The notes under the pieces were generated by a model. That model was not told the origin of the DNA. It made no database searches and worked only from the letters and a program-made list of their open reading frames with translations. The position numbers and the translations under genes were made by a program. Below are positions 28,321 to 38,600 of a DNA stretch of 64,000 nucleotides, piece by piece. Source of the DNA: Flavobacteriaceae bacterium (GTDB lineage Bacteria > Bacteroidota > Bacteroidia > Flavobacteriales > Flavobacteriaceae). The number at the start of each line of letters is the position of its first letter. The first letter of the stretch is position 1. The stretch is taken from positions 2,831 to 66,830 of the forward strand of contig CANHMG010000001.1 of the NCBI GenBank assembly GCA_947461795.1. Direction: 5' to 3'.

Positions 28321-29907
28321 ATGAAATATTTCGAAGATAATTTCGCCCATGATCATCTACCCGCTCCGGAACTTCAACCCGAGTATATTTTTAATTTACC
28401 AGAATTCCAACAACCAAAAATGTTGAATTGTGTAGAAAGATTACTTGACCATCACATTAAAACTGGACATGGAAATAGCATTTGTTTGCGAACTTTTGAT
28501 TCAGTTTGGACATACCAAGAATTGTACGAAAAAGCCAATCAAATAGCGCATGTTTTAATAGAAGATCTGCATCTAAAATCGGGTAATCGCGTCCTAATTC
28601 GTTCCGCCAACAACCCCATGATGGTAGCCTGCTGGTTTGCGATACTAAAAGCTGGAGGAATTGTAGTAGCAACGATGCCATTACTGCGTTCGAAGGAATT
28701 GACAACGATTATCGATTGTGCCGAAATATCACATGCTTTGTGTGATAGTGAATTGTCTGAAGAAATGAATTTGGTACAGTCTGATTTTTTAATGGAAGTC
28801 TGCTGTTATCGAAATGCTACTTTAGAAAAATTAATGCAATCCAAACCGAAGACATTTACCAATTACCATTCTAAATCGGATAGTATCGCCTTAATCGGCT
28901 TTACTTCTGGAACTACAGGATTACCTAAAATGACCTCGCATTTCCATGCAGACATTCTTAATATTTGTGAAGCTTTTCCACCTTATTCGTTACAACCCAC
29001 CGCTGACGATATCTTTATTGGAAGTCCACCGATCGGTTTTACTTTTGGCTTAGGAGGCTTGGTATTGTTTCCAATGTATTTTGGCGCGGCGACTTTTTTA
29101 ATCGAAAAACCTTCTCCAGATGCGTTATTGCAAGCAATTCAAGATTACAAAATCACCATTTGCTTTACAGCTCCAACGGCTTGGCGTGTGATTACCACGA
29201 AAGTACACGAGTTTGATATTTCGAGTTTACGAAAATGTGTTTCCGCTGGAGAAACGTTGCCTTTAAAAGTTTGGCAGGATTGGTATGATGCCACTGGACT
29301 CAAAATCATTGATGGCATTGGAGCGACAGAAATGCTGCATATATTTATTTCGTCAGATGAATCGAATATGAAACCTGGAGCTACAGGAATTGCGATTAAA
29401 GGTTACGAAGCAAAAATCATAGACGAAAGTGGCAATGAAGTTCCTAGAAACGAACCAGGTCGATTGACAGTTCGTGGAGTCACCGGCTGTAAATATTTGA
29501 ATCGTCCTGACAAACAAGAAGAATATGTTCAAAACGGATGGAATATTACAGGTGATATTTTTAAGCAGGACGAAGAGGGCTACTTTTGGTTTGTCGCTCG
29601 TGGGGATGATATGATTATTTCTTCGGGTTATAATATCGGTGCGGTTGAAGTAGAAAGTGTACTTTTAACCCACGATGAAATCCTGGAATGTGCCGTTGTG
29701 GGTTTGCCTGATTCAGAGCGCGGAATGGTGGTATGTGCTCATATTGTACTCAAAGAAAAAAGTAAAGCATCCGAAGATTTAACAAAAGCTATTCAGCTGT
29801 GGTTTAAAGAAGTAGCGGCACCGTATAAATATCCAAGAAAGATTCATTTCGTGGAAGAATTGCCCAAAACAGAAACTGGAAAAATCCAACGATTTAAGTT
29901 AAAGTAA
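28321..29907 (+). CDS. abmG: 2-aminobenzoate/benzoate-type CoA ligase
   Basis: DNFAHDHLP N-terminus, FTSGTTGLPK, FTFGLGG, IDGIGATE, PKTETGKIQRF. Confidence 0.8.
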   Translation: MKYFEDNFAHDHLPAPELQPEYIFNLPEFQQPKMLNCVERLLDHHIKTGHGNSICLRTFDSVWTYQELYEKANQIAHVLIEDLHLKSGNRVLIRSANNPMMVACWFAILKAGGIVVATMPLLRSKELTTIIDCAEISHALCDSELSEEMNLVQSDFLMEVCCYRNATLEKLMQSKPKTFTNYHSKSDSIALIGFTSGTTGLPKMTSHFHADILNICEAFPPYSLQPTADDIFIGSPPIGFTFGLGGLVLFPMYFGAATFLIEKPSPDALLQAIQDYKITICFTAPTAWRVITTKVHEFDISSLRKCVSAGETLPLKVWQDWYDATGLKIIDGIGATEMLHIFISSDESNMKPGATGIAIKGYEAKIIDESGNEVPRNEPGRLTVRGVTGCKYLNRPDKQEEYVQNGWNITGDIFKQDEEGYFWFVARGDDMIISSGYNIGAVEVESVLLTHDEILECAVVGLPDSERGMVVCAHIVLKEKSKASEDLTKAIQLWFKEVAAPYKYPRKIHFVEELPKTETGKIQRFKLK

Positions 29908-29908
29908 A

Positions 29909-30349
29909 ATGAAACCTTATAATATGAACCAACCTTTTATCAAAACTGAAAAAATCCGCTTCAAACATGTCGATTATGCGGGCATTGTGTTTTATCCACG
30001 TTTTCTTGAAATTCTCAATGACTTAGTCGAAGATTGGTTTGAAGAAGCACTCGATCGACCTTTCTCGGAAATTCACGAAACCAACGGTATTCCAACGGTT
30101 GATTTGAAAGTGCAGTTCAAAAATGCTGCGAGATTGGGACAAGTTTTGCAAAAGAAATTGTGGGTTAAGAATATTGGCTTTGCTTCGCTCCTATGTGGAT
30201 TCGAATTTATAGATGAAACCGGAAAAACAACATTATCAGGAGAAGTTACCTTAGTGAATGTAGCATTCAATGAACAACGCAACGACATCAAAGCCGAACC
30301 GTTCTCAGAAATAATGAAATCGAAAATTTCTCAATACCTAATCGAATAA
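29909..30349 (+). CDS. Acyl-CoA thioesterase (4HBT/hotdog fold)
   Basis: RFKHVDYAGIVFYPRF, GIPTV. Confidence 0.85.
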   Translation: MKPYNMNQPFIKTEKIRFKHVDYAGIVFYPRFLEILNDLVEDWFEEALDRPFSEIHETNGIPTVDLKVQFKNAARLGQVLQKKLWVKNIGFASLLCGFEFIDETGKTTLSGEVTLVNVAFNEQRNDIKAEPFSEIMKSKISQYLIE

Positions 30350-30358
30350 TTCAAAATA

Positions 30359-31339
30359 ATGGAGTTTCCTAAATTCAAAGCCGCCACCGTACAAACTTCC
30401 CCAGTTTTTTTAAACGTAGCAAAAACGGTTGATAAAGCGATTTCTTTCATCCATGAAGCCAGTCAAAATGGTGCGCAACTCATTGCCTTTCCTGAAGTCT
30501 TTATCGCTGGTTATCCGTATTGGAATTGGATTATGACGCCCGTGCAAGGCAGTAAATGGTATGAGCAATTATACAAAAACTCAGTCGCTGTTGAAGATGC
30601 TGACATGCAACGATTGTTTCAAGCGGCGAAAGATCATAATATTCACATTGTTATCGGAATCAACGAACGAGGCAAAAGTTTCGGCGAAATTTACAACACC
30701 AATCTCATTATTGATAACCAAGGAAATCTCATCGGGAAGCACCGAAAATTAGTTCCCACTTGGGCGGAAAAACTCACATGGACGTCCGGCGATGGCTCGT
30801 CCTTGAAGGTGTACAACACCGAAATCGGTCCAATTGGCACATTAGCTTGTGGTGAAAATACCAATACATTAGCACGATTCACTTTGTTGACGCAAGGTGA
30901 GTTAATTCACATTGCCAATTATATTTCACTTCCTGTGGCGCCACCCGATTACGATATGGCGGAAGCAATTAAGATTCGCGCTTGTGCGCATTCGTTTGAA
31001 GGGAAATTATTTACCATCGTTTCCTGTTCGACCATTTCACAAGAAATAAAAGACGCCTTACGTAGCGATGTTCCCAATGTCGATGAAATTTTAACCAGAA
31101 AAAATTCTGCTTTTTCAGGATTTATAGGACCCAATGGTGCCGTAATTGGAACGCCATTAATTGACGATGAAGGGATTGTCTACGCGGACATCGATCTCGA
31201 AAAATGCATTCAGCCCAAACAAATGCACGATATTCTTGGGCATTACAACCGCTTTGATATTTTTGATTTAAGGGTTAATATTGCGCCAACAAAAAACATT
31301 ACTTTTATAGACAATCACGAGGATTTTAATAAGAAATAA
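30359..31339 (+). CDS. Nitrilase / carbon-nitrogen hydrolase
   Basis: Glu-Lys-Cys triad: FPEVF, HRKLVPT, LACGEN; GHYNRFD. Confidence 0.9.
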   Translation: MEFPKFKAATVQTSPVFLNVAKTVDKAISFIHEASQNGAQLIAFPEVFIAGYPYWNWIMTPVQGSKWYEQLYKNSVAVEDADMQRLFQAAKDHNIHIVIGINERGKSFGEIYNTNLIIDNQGNLIGKHRKLVPTWAEKLTWTSGDGSSLKVYNTEIGPIGTLACGENTNTLARFTLLTQGELIHIANYISLPVAPPDYDMAEAIKIRACAHSFEGKLFTIVSCSTISQEIKDALRSDVPNVDEILTRKNSAFSGFIGPNGAVIGTPLIDDEGIVYADIDLEKCIQPKQMHDILGHYNRFDIFDLRVNIAPTKNITFIDNHEDFNKK

Positions 31340-31340
31340 A

Positions 31341-32450
31341 ATGGAAGCAAAACATTCCGACGACGTCATAGGCCGAGCCCGAGTACAAGACACTCCTGAA
31401 CTCGAAGCCTACTACAAAGAACTCGAAGCCCTTGGTGCTGGCGCTTTATGGACCGTCGCCAATGAAATCGAACCTTGGGAACCTAGAAGTTCCTCCGTTC
31501 CTATGCTGTGGAAATATGAAGATTTAAGAAGTTTAGTTTTAAAATCATCCGAACTAGTAACACCAGAAAAAGCAGGTCGTCGCGTAGTATATCTTGTCAA
31601 CGACAAACGCAAAGATGTTTCTGCTGCTGTCGGTTGGTTGTATACCGGAATTCAGGTTACTCGCCCAGGAGAAAGTACTTCCGCCCATCGCCATAAAGCT
31701 TCTGCCTTACGTTTTATTATGGAAGGTGACAAAGGGTACACCGTAGTCGATGGGAATAAAATCATGCTTGAAGTCAATGATTTTGTCATCACACCCAATT
31801 CGACATGGCACGAACACGGTGTAGAAGCCGACGGGCAAACCTGTATTTGGCAAGATGGACTCGATATTCCGCTTGTCAATGCACTAGAAGCCAATGATTA
31901 TGCGGTGTATGATGGCAAACAACCACTTGATTTTCCGGTGAATTATTCACCGATAATGTATGGTTGTGCCGGTCTAATTCCAGCAGATGTAACCTGGGAT
32001 AAGCCTTATTCTCCGCTGTTTAAGTATTCTTGGAAAGTGGTTTACCCTGCTTTGCTCGAGATGCTAAAAGTAAAAGAACGCCATCCCATTGACGGAATTC
32101 TGATGCAATATTCCAATCCACTAACAGGCGGCCACGTGATGCAAACCATGGGCGCTTCCATGCAATTGCTGCCTGCTGGTTTCAAAGGGAAAACGCACAA
32201 ACATACTGGTTCATTTGTCTATCAATGTGCGAAAGGCAGCGGCTACTCCATCATCAATGGGCAACGATTTGATTGGAAAGAACGCGATATTTTCTGTGTT
32301 CCGTCTTGGGCGTGGCACGAACATCACAATGGTTCCGAAACGGAAGATGCCTGCTTGTTCTCGTTCAATGATTTGCCAACAATAGAAAAACTCGGATTGT
32401 ATCAAGAGAATACATACGAAGAAAACAATGGTCATCAGAAGTTGAATTAG
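31341..32450 (+). CDS. Bicupin ring-cleavage dioxygenase, gentisate 1,2-dioxygenase family
   Basis: AHRH.ASALRF, WHEH, WQDGLDIP, second cupin VPSWAWHEH. Confidence 0.85.
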   Translation: MEAKHSDDVIGRARVQDTPELEAYYKELEALGAGALWTVANEIEPWEPRSSSVPMLWKYEDLRSLVLKSSELVTPEKAGRRVVYLVNDKRKDVSAAVGWLYTGIQVTRPGESTSAHRHKASALRFIMEGDKGYTVVDGNKIMLEVNDFVITPNSTWHEHGVEADGQTCIWQDGLDIPLVNALEANDYAVYDGKQPLDFPVNYSPIMYGCAGLIPADVTWDKPYSPLFKYSWKVVYPALLEMLKVKERHPIDGILMQYSNPLTGGHVMQTMGASMQLLPAGFKGKTHKHTGSFVYQCAKGSGYSIINGQRFDWKERDIFCVPSWAWHEHHNGSETEDACLFSFNDLPTIEKLGLYQENTYEENNGHQKLN

Positions 32451-32529
32451 GAGCTGTTTCCCGCGCTCCGCTAAATCTTTTGCGCCGAACAACGTCACAA
32501 AAGGATACCGCTACGATCGGGGCTAGGGC
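32448..32529 (-). repeat. Structured intergenic repeat copy B (Flavo-1-like)
   Basis: Reverse complement GCCCTAGCCCCGATCGTAGCGGTATCCTTTTG...CAAAAGATTTAGCGGAGCGCGGGAAACAGCTCCTA; includes the cupin stop TAG. Confidence 0.8.
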
Positions 32530-32566
32530 ATTAAATACCAAACAACATTTTCTTTTTAATACTAAC

Positions 32567-32590
32567 TTTGCGCCTTCGCGACTTTGCGAG
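32567..32590 (+). repeat. Three 8-bp tandem units TTYGCGNN
   Basis: TTTGCGCC-TTCGCGAC-TTTGCGAG. Confidence 0.55.
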
Positions 32591-32612
32591 CAAAAAAACT
32601 CAGAAACACAAA

Positions 32613-33521
32613 ATGAAACTACTCACCTACCAAACCAAAGATACCGAACCACGATTAGGTTTTATCCATAACAACCAAGTGATTGATATGGAAGATTTCG
32701 GAGAAATATCCAATTTTCCGTTACCGACTTCGATGTTAGAACTTATTGACATGGGATTTGAAATCATTGATGAACTCAACAGCATGATAGCCGATACGGA
32801 ACCAGCGTTCTTTGAAGAAATCGCCTACGAAATGGATGAAATCATCTTCCTCGCTCCAATTCCAAAGCCAAGAAAGAATATTATAGGGATTGGATTGAAT
32901 TATACCGAACATGTCGCGGAAAGTGCCCGTACTTTGGACACTTCGAACGAATTGCCACAAAGTCCCATTATCTTTTCAAAACCCCCCACAACCGTTACTG
33001 CGACCAATACCAACATTATCTTAAATCCCAAATTGACACAACAACTCGATTGGGAAGTCGAATTGGCGGTCGTGATTAGCAAAAAAGGAAAATACGTCCC
33101 GAAAGCAGATGCCATGGATTATGTTTTTGGTTACACGGTGATTAATGACATATCCGCGCGTGATTGCCGCAGATCTGGACAATGGATTGTTTCGAAAGGA
33201 CAAGATACCTTTGCGCCGATGGGCCCAGTTTTAGTTACTAAAGACGAAATATCCAATCCGTATGATTTGAATTTGTCCTTGAAAGTGAACGGCGTGGAAA
33301 AACAAAATTCGAATACCAAATTTATGTTGTTCAACATCAGCGATTTGATTGAAGATTTGAGCACCGTTTTCACTATCGAACCCGGAGATATTATTGCAAC
33401 AGGAACACCATCTGGAGTTGGCGCAGGAAGAAGTCCACAAGAATGGTTGTGGAATGGTGATGTAGTTGAAGCTACTGTGGAAGGTATTGGAACGATTGTC
33501 AATACGGTAAAGTCGATGTAG
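32613..33521 (+). CDS. Fumarylacetoacetate hydrolase family protein
   Basis: IGLNY.EH, LDWEVEL, INDISARD, KGQDTFAP.GP, GDIIATGTPSGVG; probable start MKLLTY. Confidence 0.9.
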   Translation: MKLLTYQTKDTEPRLGFIHNNQVIDMEDFGEISNFPLPTSMLELIDMGFEIIDELNSMIADTEPAFFEEIAYEMDEIIFLAPIPKPRKNIIGIGLNYTEHVAESARTLDTSNELPQSPIIFSKPPTTVTATNTNIILNPKLTQQLDWEVELAVVISKKGKYVPKADAMDYVFGYTVINDISARDCRRSGQWIVSKGQDTFAPMGPVLVTKDEISNPYDLNLSLKVNGVEKQNSNTKFMLFNISDLIEDLSTVFTIEPGDIIATGTPSGVGAGRSPQEWLWNGDVVEATVEGIGTIVNTVKSM

Positions 33522-33527
33522 AACGTA

Positions 33528-33630
33528 GGCTGCGTTAGGGATAGAGGCAAGCACCGCATGCAGCCGAAAGCCCGACCGCTTTTTCTGCGGGAACGCCCAC
33601 CCGAGGCCATTAGCCGAACTGAGCGAAGCT
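33528..33630 (+). repeat. GC-rich structured intergenic element plus adjacent REP-like hairpin
   Basis: GCGTT...AACGC outer stem, GGG-ATAGAGGC...AGCCGAAAG-CCC inner arm, then CCCGAGGCC...GAGCGAAGCT. Confidence 0.6.
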
Positions 33631-33666
33631 AAAAAATAATTAATAATTGATAATTAACAATTCATA

Positions 33667-34416
33667 ATGAGAACCTATAGAATCGGACAAATAGTTCCTT
33701 CTTCCAACGTAACGATGGAAACCGAAATTCCAGCGATTTTCCGCTCACGAGAAACGGTGCTACCCGAACGATTTACGTTTCATAGCAGTAGAATGCGGAT
33801 GAAGAAAGTCACCAAAGAAGAGCTCGAAGCGATGGATGCGATGAGTTTGAAATGTGCACAAGAGCTTTCAGATGCTCATGTAGACGTGATGGGTTACGCG
33901 TGTTTGGTAGCGATTATGAGTATGGGTCGCGGGTATCATTGCGTGTCGGAAGTCAATTTGCATCAGGAAACCATTGCTAACGACTTCCCTACTCCGATTG
34001 TAACTTCCGCTGGTGCCTTGATTAATGGATTGAAAGTTTTAGGGGCGAAAAAAGTAGCGATTATTACACCTTATATGCGTCCGTTGACAGATATGGTTGT
34101 TGATTATATTGAACATCAAGGATTTGAAGTAGTCGACTCGATTGCGTTGGAAATTCCAGATAACTTAGAAGTTGCAGCGCAGGATCCGATGAATTTGCTA
34201 GAAATCTACAAACAATTAGACTTGAAAGGAGTTGATGTTTTGGTTGCTTCGGCTTGTGTTCAGATGCCGTCGTTAGAAGCGATTGATTTGATTCAGTCTG
34301 CCATTGGAATTCCAGTAACTTCTGCGGCCGTTTGTACGACTTATGAAATGATGAAGAAGTTGGGCATTGAGGCTAAATCGGCTATTGGTGGGGAATTACT
34401 TAGCGGGAAGTATTAG
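33667..34416 (+). CDS. maiA: Maleate cis-trans isomerase (Asp/Glu racemase family)
   Basis: RIGQIVPSSN.TMETE; two catalytic Cys (YACLVA, SACVQMP). Confidence 0.82.
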   Translation: MRTYRIGQIVPSSNVTMETEIPAIFRSRETVLPERFTFHSSRMRMKKVTKEELEAMDAMSLKCAQELSDAHVDVMGYACLVAIMSMGRGYHCVSEVNLHQETIANDFPTPIVTSAGALINGLKVLGAKKVAIITPYMRPLTDMVVDYIEHQGFEVVDSIALEIPDNLEVAAQDPMNLLEIYKQLDLKGVDVLVASACVQMPSLEAIDLIQSAIGIPVTSAAVCTTYEMMKKLGIEAKSAIGGELLSGKY

Positions 34417-34604
34417 TTATCGAATCGAATTCTAACAATAGTTTCGACTAAAGTTCCATAATTTTTTAGGGGAATTTAATTATCAGACAAGAGCAGAATT
34501 CTTGTCATGACTTGTTATAACTAGTATGGAAATTAACAAAATGATAATTTGAAAAAGTAATTTATTAGATTATCTTGTGTCAAAATTAATCTTATAAAAA
34601 GAAT

Positions 34605-35018
34605 ATGAAAAGACAAGCAACAGCCGTATGGAACGGTACAGGAAAAGATGGCAAAGGTCATTTAACGACGCAAAGCACCACATTGAACAAAACACAATAT
34701 TCGTTTTCTTCTCGTTTTGAAGAAGGCATTGGTACGAATCCAGAAGAATTGATAGCAGCGGCTCATGCGGGTTGCTTTACCATGAAATTGGCGTTTAATT
34801 TGCAATCGGCTGGGTTTACGCCAGATGAACTTACCACTAATTGTAAAATCACTTTAGATAATGGAGCCATTACAACATCTGAACTTTCATTAAAAGCAAC
34901 CATTCCAGCTATTTCTGACCAACAGTTTGCAGAGCTAGTAAAAGACGCTGAAGCCAACTGCCCTATTTCTAAAGTTTTGAATGCGACAATTAATGTAGAT
35001 TATAGTTTGAATCAATAA
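34605..35018 (+). CDS. osmC: OsmC family peroxiredoxin
   Basis: GTNPEELIAAAHAGCF, NCPISK. Confidence 0.9.
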   Translation: MKRQATAVWNGTGKDGKGHLTTQSTTLNKTQYSFSSRFEEGIGTNPEELIAAAHAGCFTMKLAFNLQSAGFTPDELTTNCKITLDNGAITTSELSLKATIPAISDQQFAELVKDAEANCPISKVLNATINVDYSLNQ

Positions 35019-35262
35019 TAGGAAAATAGTTTGAGTATAGATGGCTGGTAGATATCATCACCACTGAAATTTATGATTGGGGATATTTAGAGAAGTAAAG
35101 CTAGGTTATCTAATTTATTATTTTGATTCAAGAATGATAATTTGAGTTGGTGTTTAATTGCTTACAACGAGTTTTTCATCAGTTCATCGAAAATTTATGG
35201 TATGCAATATAATTACCTATACTTTAGCTGAAAATATTAGTATTAACAAAAAACCTACCCCA

Positions 35263-35532
35263 ATGAATCAAAGTATTACTACCTTAGCTCTCAATCTTTT
35301 AATATCTGAAAGATTAAATCACAGAATTGTTTTCGCAGGAAAAATCATTGAAACTTTACAACAAAGTGTTCATGGTTTAGAAAATGAAGAAGAAAAATTA
35401 AATAATTTTATAGCTGTTATTTCAAAATGTACACAAGAACCTAATTGTGAAGAAAGAGATCTTTTTTTCGAATTTGCACAATATTATAACAGTAGAATTT
35501 TTGGTCAATCTAATTTATCAGCAGTTGCTTAA
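35263..35532 (+). CDS. Hypothetical small protein (89 aa)
   Basis: ATG at 35263, TACTTTAG -7-like box at 35220, terminator downstream. Confidence 0.6.
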   Translation: MNQSITTLALNLLISERLNHRIVFAGKIIETLQQSVHGLENEEEKLNNFIAVISKCTQEPNCEERDLFFEFAQYYNSRIFGQSNLSAVA

Positions 35533-35557
35533 ATAAATGAAACTAATTTCAATACAT

Positions 35558-35592
35558 AAAAAAAAGGCTTTCAATTTGAAAGCCTTTTTTTT
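35558..35592. terminator. Bidirectional intrinsic terminator
   Basis: A8-GGCTTTCA-loop-TGAAAGCC-T8. Confidence 0.88.
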
Positions 35593-35608
35593 ATATATAA
35601 AATTATCA

Positions 35609-38600
35609 TTATCGTTTCAATGCAAAGTGTGCTTTAAACTCATTTGAAGCACCATTTTCACTATACTTAACTAAAAACCAATAATCATCTGCGGGTAATT
35701 GTTGTCCATTATAGGTGCCGTCCCAACCTTTTCCATTTGGACTTAATTCTTTCAATAATTTTCCTAGGCGATCGAAAATAAATATTTTTGAATTCACTTG
35801 ATCTGCTAACCCGAATATATTCCATGTATCATTATAGGAATCGTTGTTCGGAGTGAAAAATTTCGGATAATTGATCACGAGTACTTCTTGAGATAATGGA
35901 CTAGAACATCCATTGGCATCTACTACTCTTATGACATGAATTCCAGAATCGACATATTGAAACACATTACTTTCTTGTAAAGTGCCGTAATCCAATTGAT
36001 ACAAATAATTTCCAGCAGCAGTGGCAAGTACTGTAATGACTTGATTGTCTTCAAAATAATTGGTAACAATTCCTCCAATTCCGACTAAAGTGTATTGATT
36101 TATTGTGACTGTCAAAGTTTGTGGAATCGCACATTCACCCAGCAATGGAGTAAATACATAATCATGTGTTAAGGTATTGTCTATTGTACTAGGATTCCAT
36201 GTTCCATTATAGCCATTGGGAGAAATTGAAGGTAAAGGTGGTACTATGGCGCCATTACAAAAAGCTAAATCAGGAAAACCAGGAAATTCAGGTTCTGTTA
36301 CATCCACATATAAAGTATATGGTGTTGCGCATTCGGTTCCATCTGGTGTAAATAAATATTCAATATTATCACCACTAGTTGAATTATCTACCGTTGGTGG
36401 AAGCCATGTACCGGTTATACCATTTATAGAAGTCAAGTTTAATACTGGAGGTGTACTTCCTTTACAAAAAGGTTGAAGTGCAGCAAAATTAGGAATTGTT
36501 CTAGGAGTAATAGTAACATTTAATGTCTGGTTTAGCGCACATTGACCCGGTGTTGAATAAAAGACATACGACGAAGAAATAGTATTATTTATAGACGATG
36601 GAATCCATATTCCAGTTATAAGATTAGGCGAAATATTTGATAAAACAGGAGCTGGATTACCGTCACAAATATTAGGTATTGCTAAAAAATCTGGAGTCAA
36701 AACTGGAACTACTGTAATTGAAAGTGTGGTTAATATTGTAGAAACACATTGTCCAGCAGTTGGATTGAATGTATAAATTGTAGTGCCTAGGGTAGCTGTA
36801 TTTACTGGAGCTGGAGACCAAGTTCCAGTAATTGGAGGAACATTATTTGAACTAGTTTGTAAAACTGGTGGAGTATCCCCCTGACAAACATTAAAAGGCA
36901 ATCCAAATAAAGGTGTAACTCTTTGGTCTACGTTTATTGTTAATTGAGTTGTAGTAGCACATTGTCCGAGAGTTGGAGTGAATGTATATGGTGTTGTTAA
37001 TGTATTGTCTAAAGCAGGATTCCATGTTCCTGAAATACCATTAGTTGAAGTTAATGGTAATGGTGTTAATGGATTTCCTGAACATATAGGAAGTACAGCA
37101 TTGAAAGTTGGGGTAACATTTGCATTTACTGTAATTGTTCGGATAGCATTGGTACTAGCACAACCTCCAACTCCAACAAATGTATATTTAATATCTGAAG
37201 TTCCAGCACTAATTCCAGTTATAACTCCAGTTAAAGCATTTACACTTGCTACACTTGTATTTGAAGAGGACCAAACACCACCAATAACTGAAGATGAAAA
37301 AATAGAAGTGCTTCCTACACATATAGATTGATTTCCACTTAAAATACCAGGATTTTGTGGAGCAGATACGGTTATAATTATTGTAGCTGGAAGGCTTGCT
37401 GGACAACCACCATTTCCATTCACAATATAAGACATAGTAGCTGTTCCGGCTGCAACACCAATAACAACTCCTGTATTTGCAATTGTTGCAATAGATGAAT
37501 TAGAACTACTCCATGTTCCTCCTGGAATTGTAGAAGATAATGTTGAAGATAAACCAATACAAATAGCTTGTGTTCCGCTTAAAACTCCTGCATTTGGAAT
37601 AGAAGAAACTGTAACTGTACGTGAGATTGTTGCTGGAGAACAACCTCCAGTTCCATTAACAGTATAGGTTATTGTTGCTGTTCCAGATGAGACTCCAGTA
37701 ATTACTCCGGTTGTAGGGTTTATAGTTGCAATTGCTATGTTAGATGAAATCCAGCTTCCACCAGCTATTGTTGAAGCAAAAGTAGATGTATCTCCAACAC
37801 AAATCGTTTGATTTCCATTTAATATTCCTGCAGTTGGTGGATTAGTAACTGTAAGAGGTCTTGAAAAAACTACTGCAGCACAACCTCCAGCAGCTGGAAA
37901 AGTATAATCTATCGATACAGTTCCACTAATTATTCCAGTTATCAAACCTGTTGTTGGATTAACTGTAGCAATTGCAGTGTTTGCAGAACTCCACGTACCT
38001 CCTGGAGTTGAAGAAGTAAAAGTTGTCGTTGAACCCACGCAAACATTTATTCCTGCTAATACAGTTGTTGGTGGATTTGTAACAGTAATTGTCTTAGTCA
38101 CAGCAGTTGCACAAGGAAATAAAATTGGATCTGGTGTAAAAGCATAATTTCCGCTTGTTGTTGTGCTAACTATCAAAGGAGACCAAGTTCCAGTTACTCC
38201 ATTTGTTGAAGCGGTTGGTAAAATAGGAGCTGCTAAATTAGAACAAATAGATGTTGGAAATGTAAATGTTGGTGTTGTTGAAGTGGTGCAATTGCTGCAT
38301 GTATTGGTAACAGGTGCTACACAAGGCACCCCTAAAACAGAAGTTATTGTTAGGGTTACACTTTGACCGGGTAATACACCTGGAACTACAAAACTTGATA
38401 AATTATTACTAACCGCATTAACTAGAGGTCCTCCATTTATAGAATAAGTTAAATAATATTCTTGATGACCTGTAACATTATTCCAATCAAAGGCTACAGA
38501 AGTTGGGGTAGAATTTGCTCCGTCACAAAACATATTTATAATTCCAGTAGAAGAATTTACAATAACATTAATTGCTTTTCTTGGACTTTCACACGTTCCT

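Noticed and set aside
33131-33610. 159-aa minus-strand ORF
   Set aside because: Antisense to the FAH gene, with its start inside a GC-rich repeat; no motifs
36150-38300. Periodic similarity that might suggest a CRISPR or DGR-like array
   Set aside because: Explained by degenerate protein repeats within the adhesin; no identical repeats with unique spacers, and no cas or reverse transcriptase genes
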